The translations under genes and the position numbers were made by a program. Of a DNA stretch of 64,000 bases, positions 62,046 through 64,000 are shown one piece after another (the stretch's first letter is position 1; the number at the start of each line of letters is the position of its first letter). Source of the stretch: Selaginella moellendorffii (taxonomy: Eukaryota; Plantae; Lycopodiophyta). Under the pieces are notes generated by a model. It did no database searches. It had not been told where the DNA came from and saw nothing but the letters and a program-made list of their open reading frames with translations. The stretch is from assembly GCF_000143415.4 (NCBI RefSeq), contig NW_003314356.1, positions 496,001-560,000 of the forward strand, given 5' to 3'.

Positions 62046-63500
62046 ATGGCGGAGGCGAGCATTGCGCGCGTGCTGCGCAGCGGGGCCGCCGATGGCGAGC
62101 ACGCGGCTGCCGTGATGGTGATCAACGCCGTCGATACAACAGCCGGGTTGGGCATCTTCAGGCATTTTGTGGAATCGCTGGTTGCCAACCTTGCGTCTGG
62201 AGCGGCACAAGCGAAGTAAGTGTTTGCTTCGTCTCTCTTGTTTGACGCGCTCGCTTGCAAGCCGCAGAGGATTGGTGTTGGTGGCATCGTCTTCTAGTCC
62301 GCAAACTTACTCCTCCGTGCTGAGAAATGTGTCATCGTCCTGGTAAGAACATTGTTCTTGCGCTGAATTCTTTGTGACTCGAGACTTCTGCAAAGCTTTC
62401 AGGTTCTGGACTGTTTTTCGGATCCCCTGGGGTGGGAAAGGCTGATCTCGCCAAACACAACTAGTCTGGAGGAGATGGAAGCTATCGACGTGAGGAAGCT
62501 CAGCTCTCTTTTCTCAAAAATTCACGAGGCTGGCAAAGGTAGTCCCCCCTTCTTTCTTTTGTCCTGCTTTAGCGATCAAGCGTGTGTGTTTGCCAGTGTT
62601 CGCCGATAAGCAACCTAAAGGAAGATTTGCTGTCGCGATTGACTCGGTACCAGTTGTCCTTCTATCTCTGCTTTCTGATCATTGATTGTCTCCTTTGTAT
62701 ATCGCAAAACCAGCTGACCTTTTTTATGCGGCACCACTCTTTGGCCGCAGTCTCGAGCTTTATTTGCCAGCTTCGGGCTCTCGGTACGACTTTGTAAGTT
62801 TGTATGCCTTCTAACAGGGGCGATAAATGTGCAGATAGCGTGTCTGCAATCCTGTGGTTCACGGATGGTGGTCTGCATCAGGCCAGGGTCTTGGACGCAC
62901 TGGAGTATAATGCAACAGCCACCGCTTTTGTGGAGCCGCAGTTGGATTTTCTTGACACGAGAGGCGCCGGAAGGCTACGAATCCGGCACAAGCGAAGAAA
63001 CGGGCGGGTCTCAGAAAAGGTGCGTGCTCTGGCTATTCAATTTTGTGTGTGACAAGTCGAAAACGTTTCTTCAGGTGGATGAGTTCAGGGTGGAGGTTGG
63101 GAGGTTCAACTTCTTCCCCGTGGAGCTTGGCACCAAAGTAGACAATGTTGATGCGATTCACAAGGTAGTAGAGCTCTCATTTTTTTCGGAGGCACATGGT
63201 TTTGTGTGGCATGTTCAGGTTCAGTTTAGACTGCACCTGTCAGACAAGGAAGTGGAAGACAGATCCAGAGTGAGACTTCCCTTCGAACACCAAGGTAGGA
63301 GACTTCATGCCTCTTCCAAGGAGCTTAGCCATCCGTTCTGTGTTTCAGGGGACGGACAGGAGGTGCGAATATATGACGGTCGCCAGTCAGAAGCTGGAGT
63401 CGAAACAAAATCTTCCAGCGGCAGCATTCACTACCTGCGGGATTCCGACGACGAAATGCCAGATTCCGACGAAGACCCCGATGATGACTTGGACATCTGA
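62046..63500 (+). CDS. ELP5: Elongator complex subunit 5, multi-exon
   Basis: MAEASIARVLRSG..GEHA, LDCFSDPLGW, KRRNGRV, VQFRLHLSDKE..LPFEHQG, C-terminal IHYLRDSDDEMPDSDEDPDDDLDI. Confidence 0.9.
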
Positions 63501-63537
63501 GCAGGAACTCTGGCTACTCAACCATTATACAACGAGT

Positions 63538-64000
63538 TTAAACTTTACACGCAGACTTGCGGATTTTCAAGCGAACACATTTCACCTGAGAAATGGTGTG
63601 GAAGAACGTCTTCTCAAGCACTTCGTCTGGAATTCCGGATCCAAACATGGACTGAGCAACGAACTAGAGTCCAGGGAGGTGGGAGATGAGCGTGACGATG
63701 ACTTTGGCGTTGGTCTTCCCCACGCTCATCTGCCAGTGGATGAGACCCTCATGCCTTCGCCCTTGGTGATCACTCTGGCATACAGCCGGCTGTCCGAGGT
63801 GATGATAGCGGCGTGGGCGCCGCCTTCTTCGACGTAGACAAGCTCCGAAGCTCGGGGATGGGTGTGCGGAACGATGATCCCACCCAGTGCGAAGTCGAGC
63901 CTGCCAATGGACAGGCCCAGCCCCGGGAAGAGTTGGACTGTTCCGAAGGTGGCACCAGCTCGGTCCACGTTGGTGGAAGACTTCATCTATTGCGGCCTCG
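63538..64000 (-). pseudogene. Germin-like (cupin) protein pseudogene, 5' part beyond the window
   Basis: Germin box PHTHPRASEL; deletion in FPG(LNT)LG; frameshift before GLIHWQ; in-frame TAG at 63664-63666. Confidence 0.8.

Noticed and set aside
61305-62210. Single 301-aa minus-strand ORF
   Set aside because: Read-through of frame-compatible introns of the JTB-like gene plus antisense of ELP5 exon 1; the spliced model fits better.

Overview
Plant nuclear DNA in two sharply different parts. Tiny 45-60 bp introns, extreme gene packing and a Tat element with RNase H before RT suggest a lycophyte such as Selaginella; this is inference, not a database result. Positions 1-~40.7 kb are a nested LTR-retrotransposon block. 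It contains: (i) a short-LTR Ty3/gypsy element (minus strand, runs off the left edge); (ii) a non-coding LARD-like family 'A' with 1.6-1.9 kb LTRs carrying variable CCGAGATGGAGT/CCGAGT arrays, present as one two-LTR element, three solo LTRs with perfect 5-bp TSDs and several decayed copies; (iii) a related LTR family 'B'; (iv) a decayed Tat-type element with an extra archaeal-type RNase H between protease and RT and a tRNA-Trp-like PBS; (v) gag/pol relics and local duplications. Positions 41.6-64 kb are gene-dense: CNGC2/4-like, SLAC1-like, PAKRP2-type kinesin, 3beta-HSD/decarboxylase, a conserved unknown protein, an Ig-like multipass membrane protein, NADP-ICDH, WBP11/ELF5, a small JTB-like membrane protein, ELP5 and a germin-like pseudogene. 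Best leads: a tRNA-like five-hairpin module with two T-arm motifs inside the non-coding LARD; the LTR array as a shared promoter module and insertion target with reciprocal nesting; inter-CDS gaps of 26-80 bp including a 34-bp head-to-head pair; and an ICDH carrying a transit peptide, an internal cytosolic-type start and a C-terminal SKL. Multi-exon genes are given as start-to-stop spans assembled by eye.
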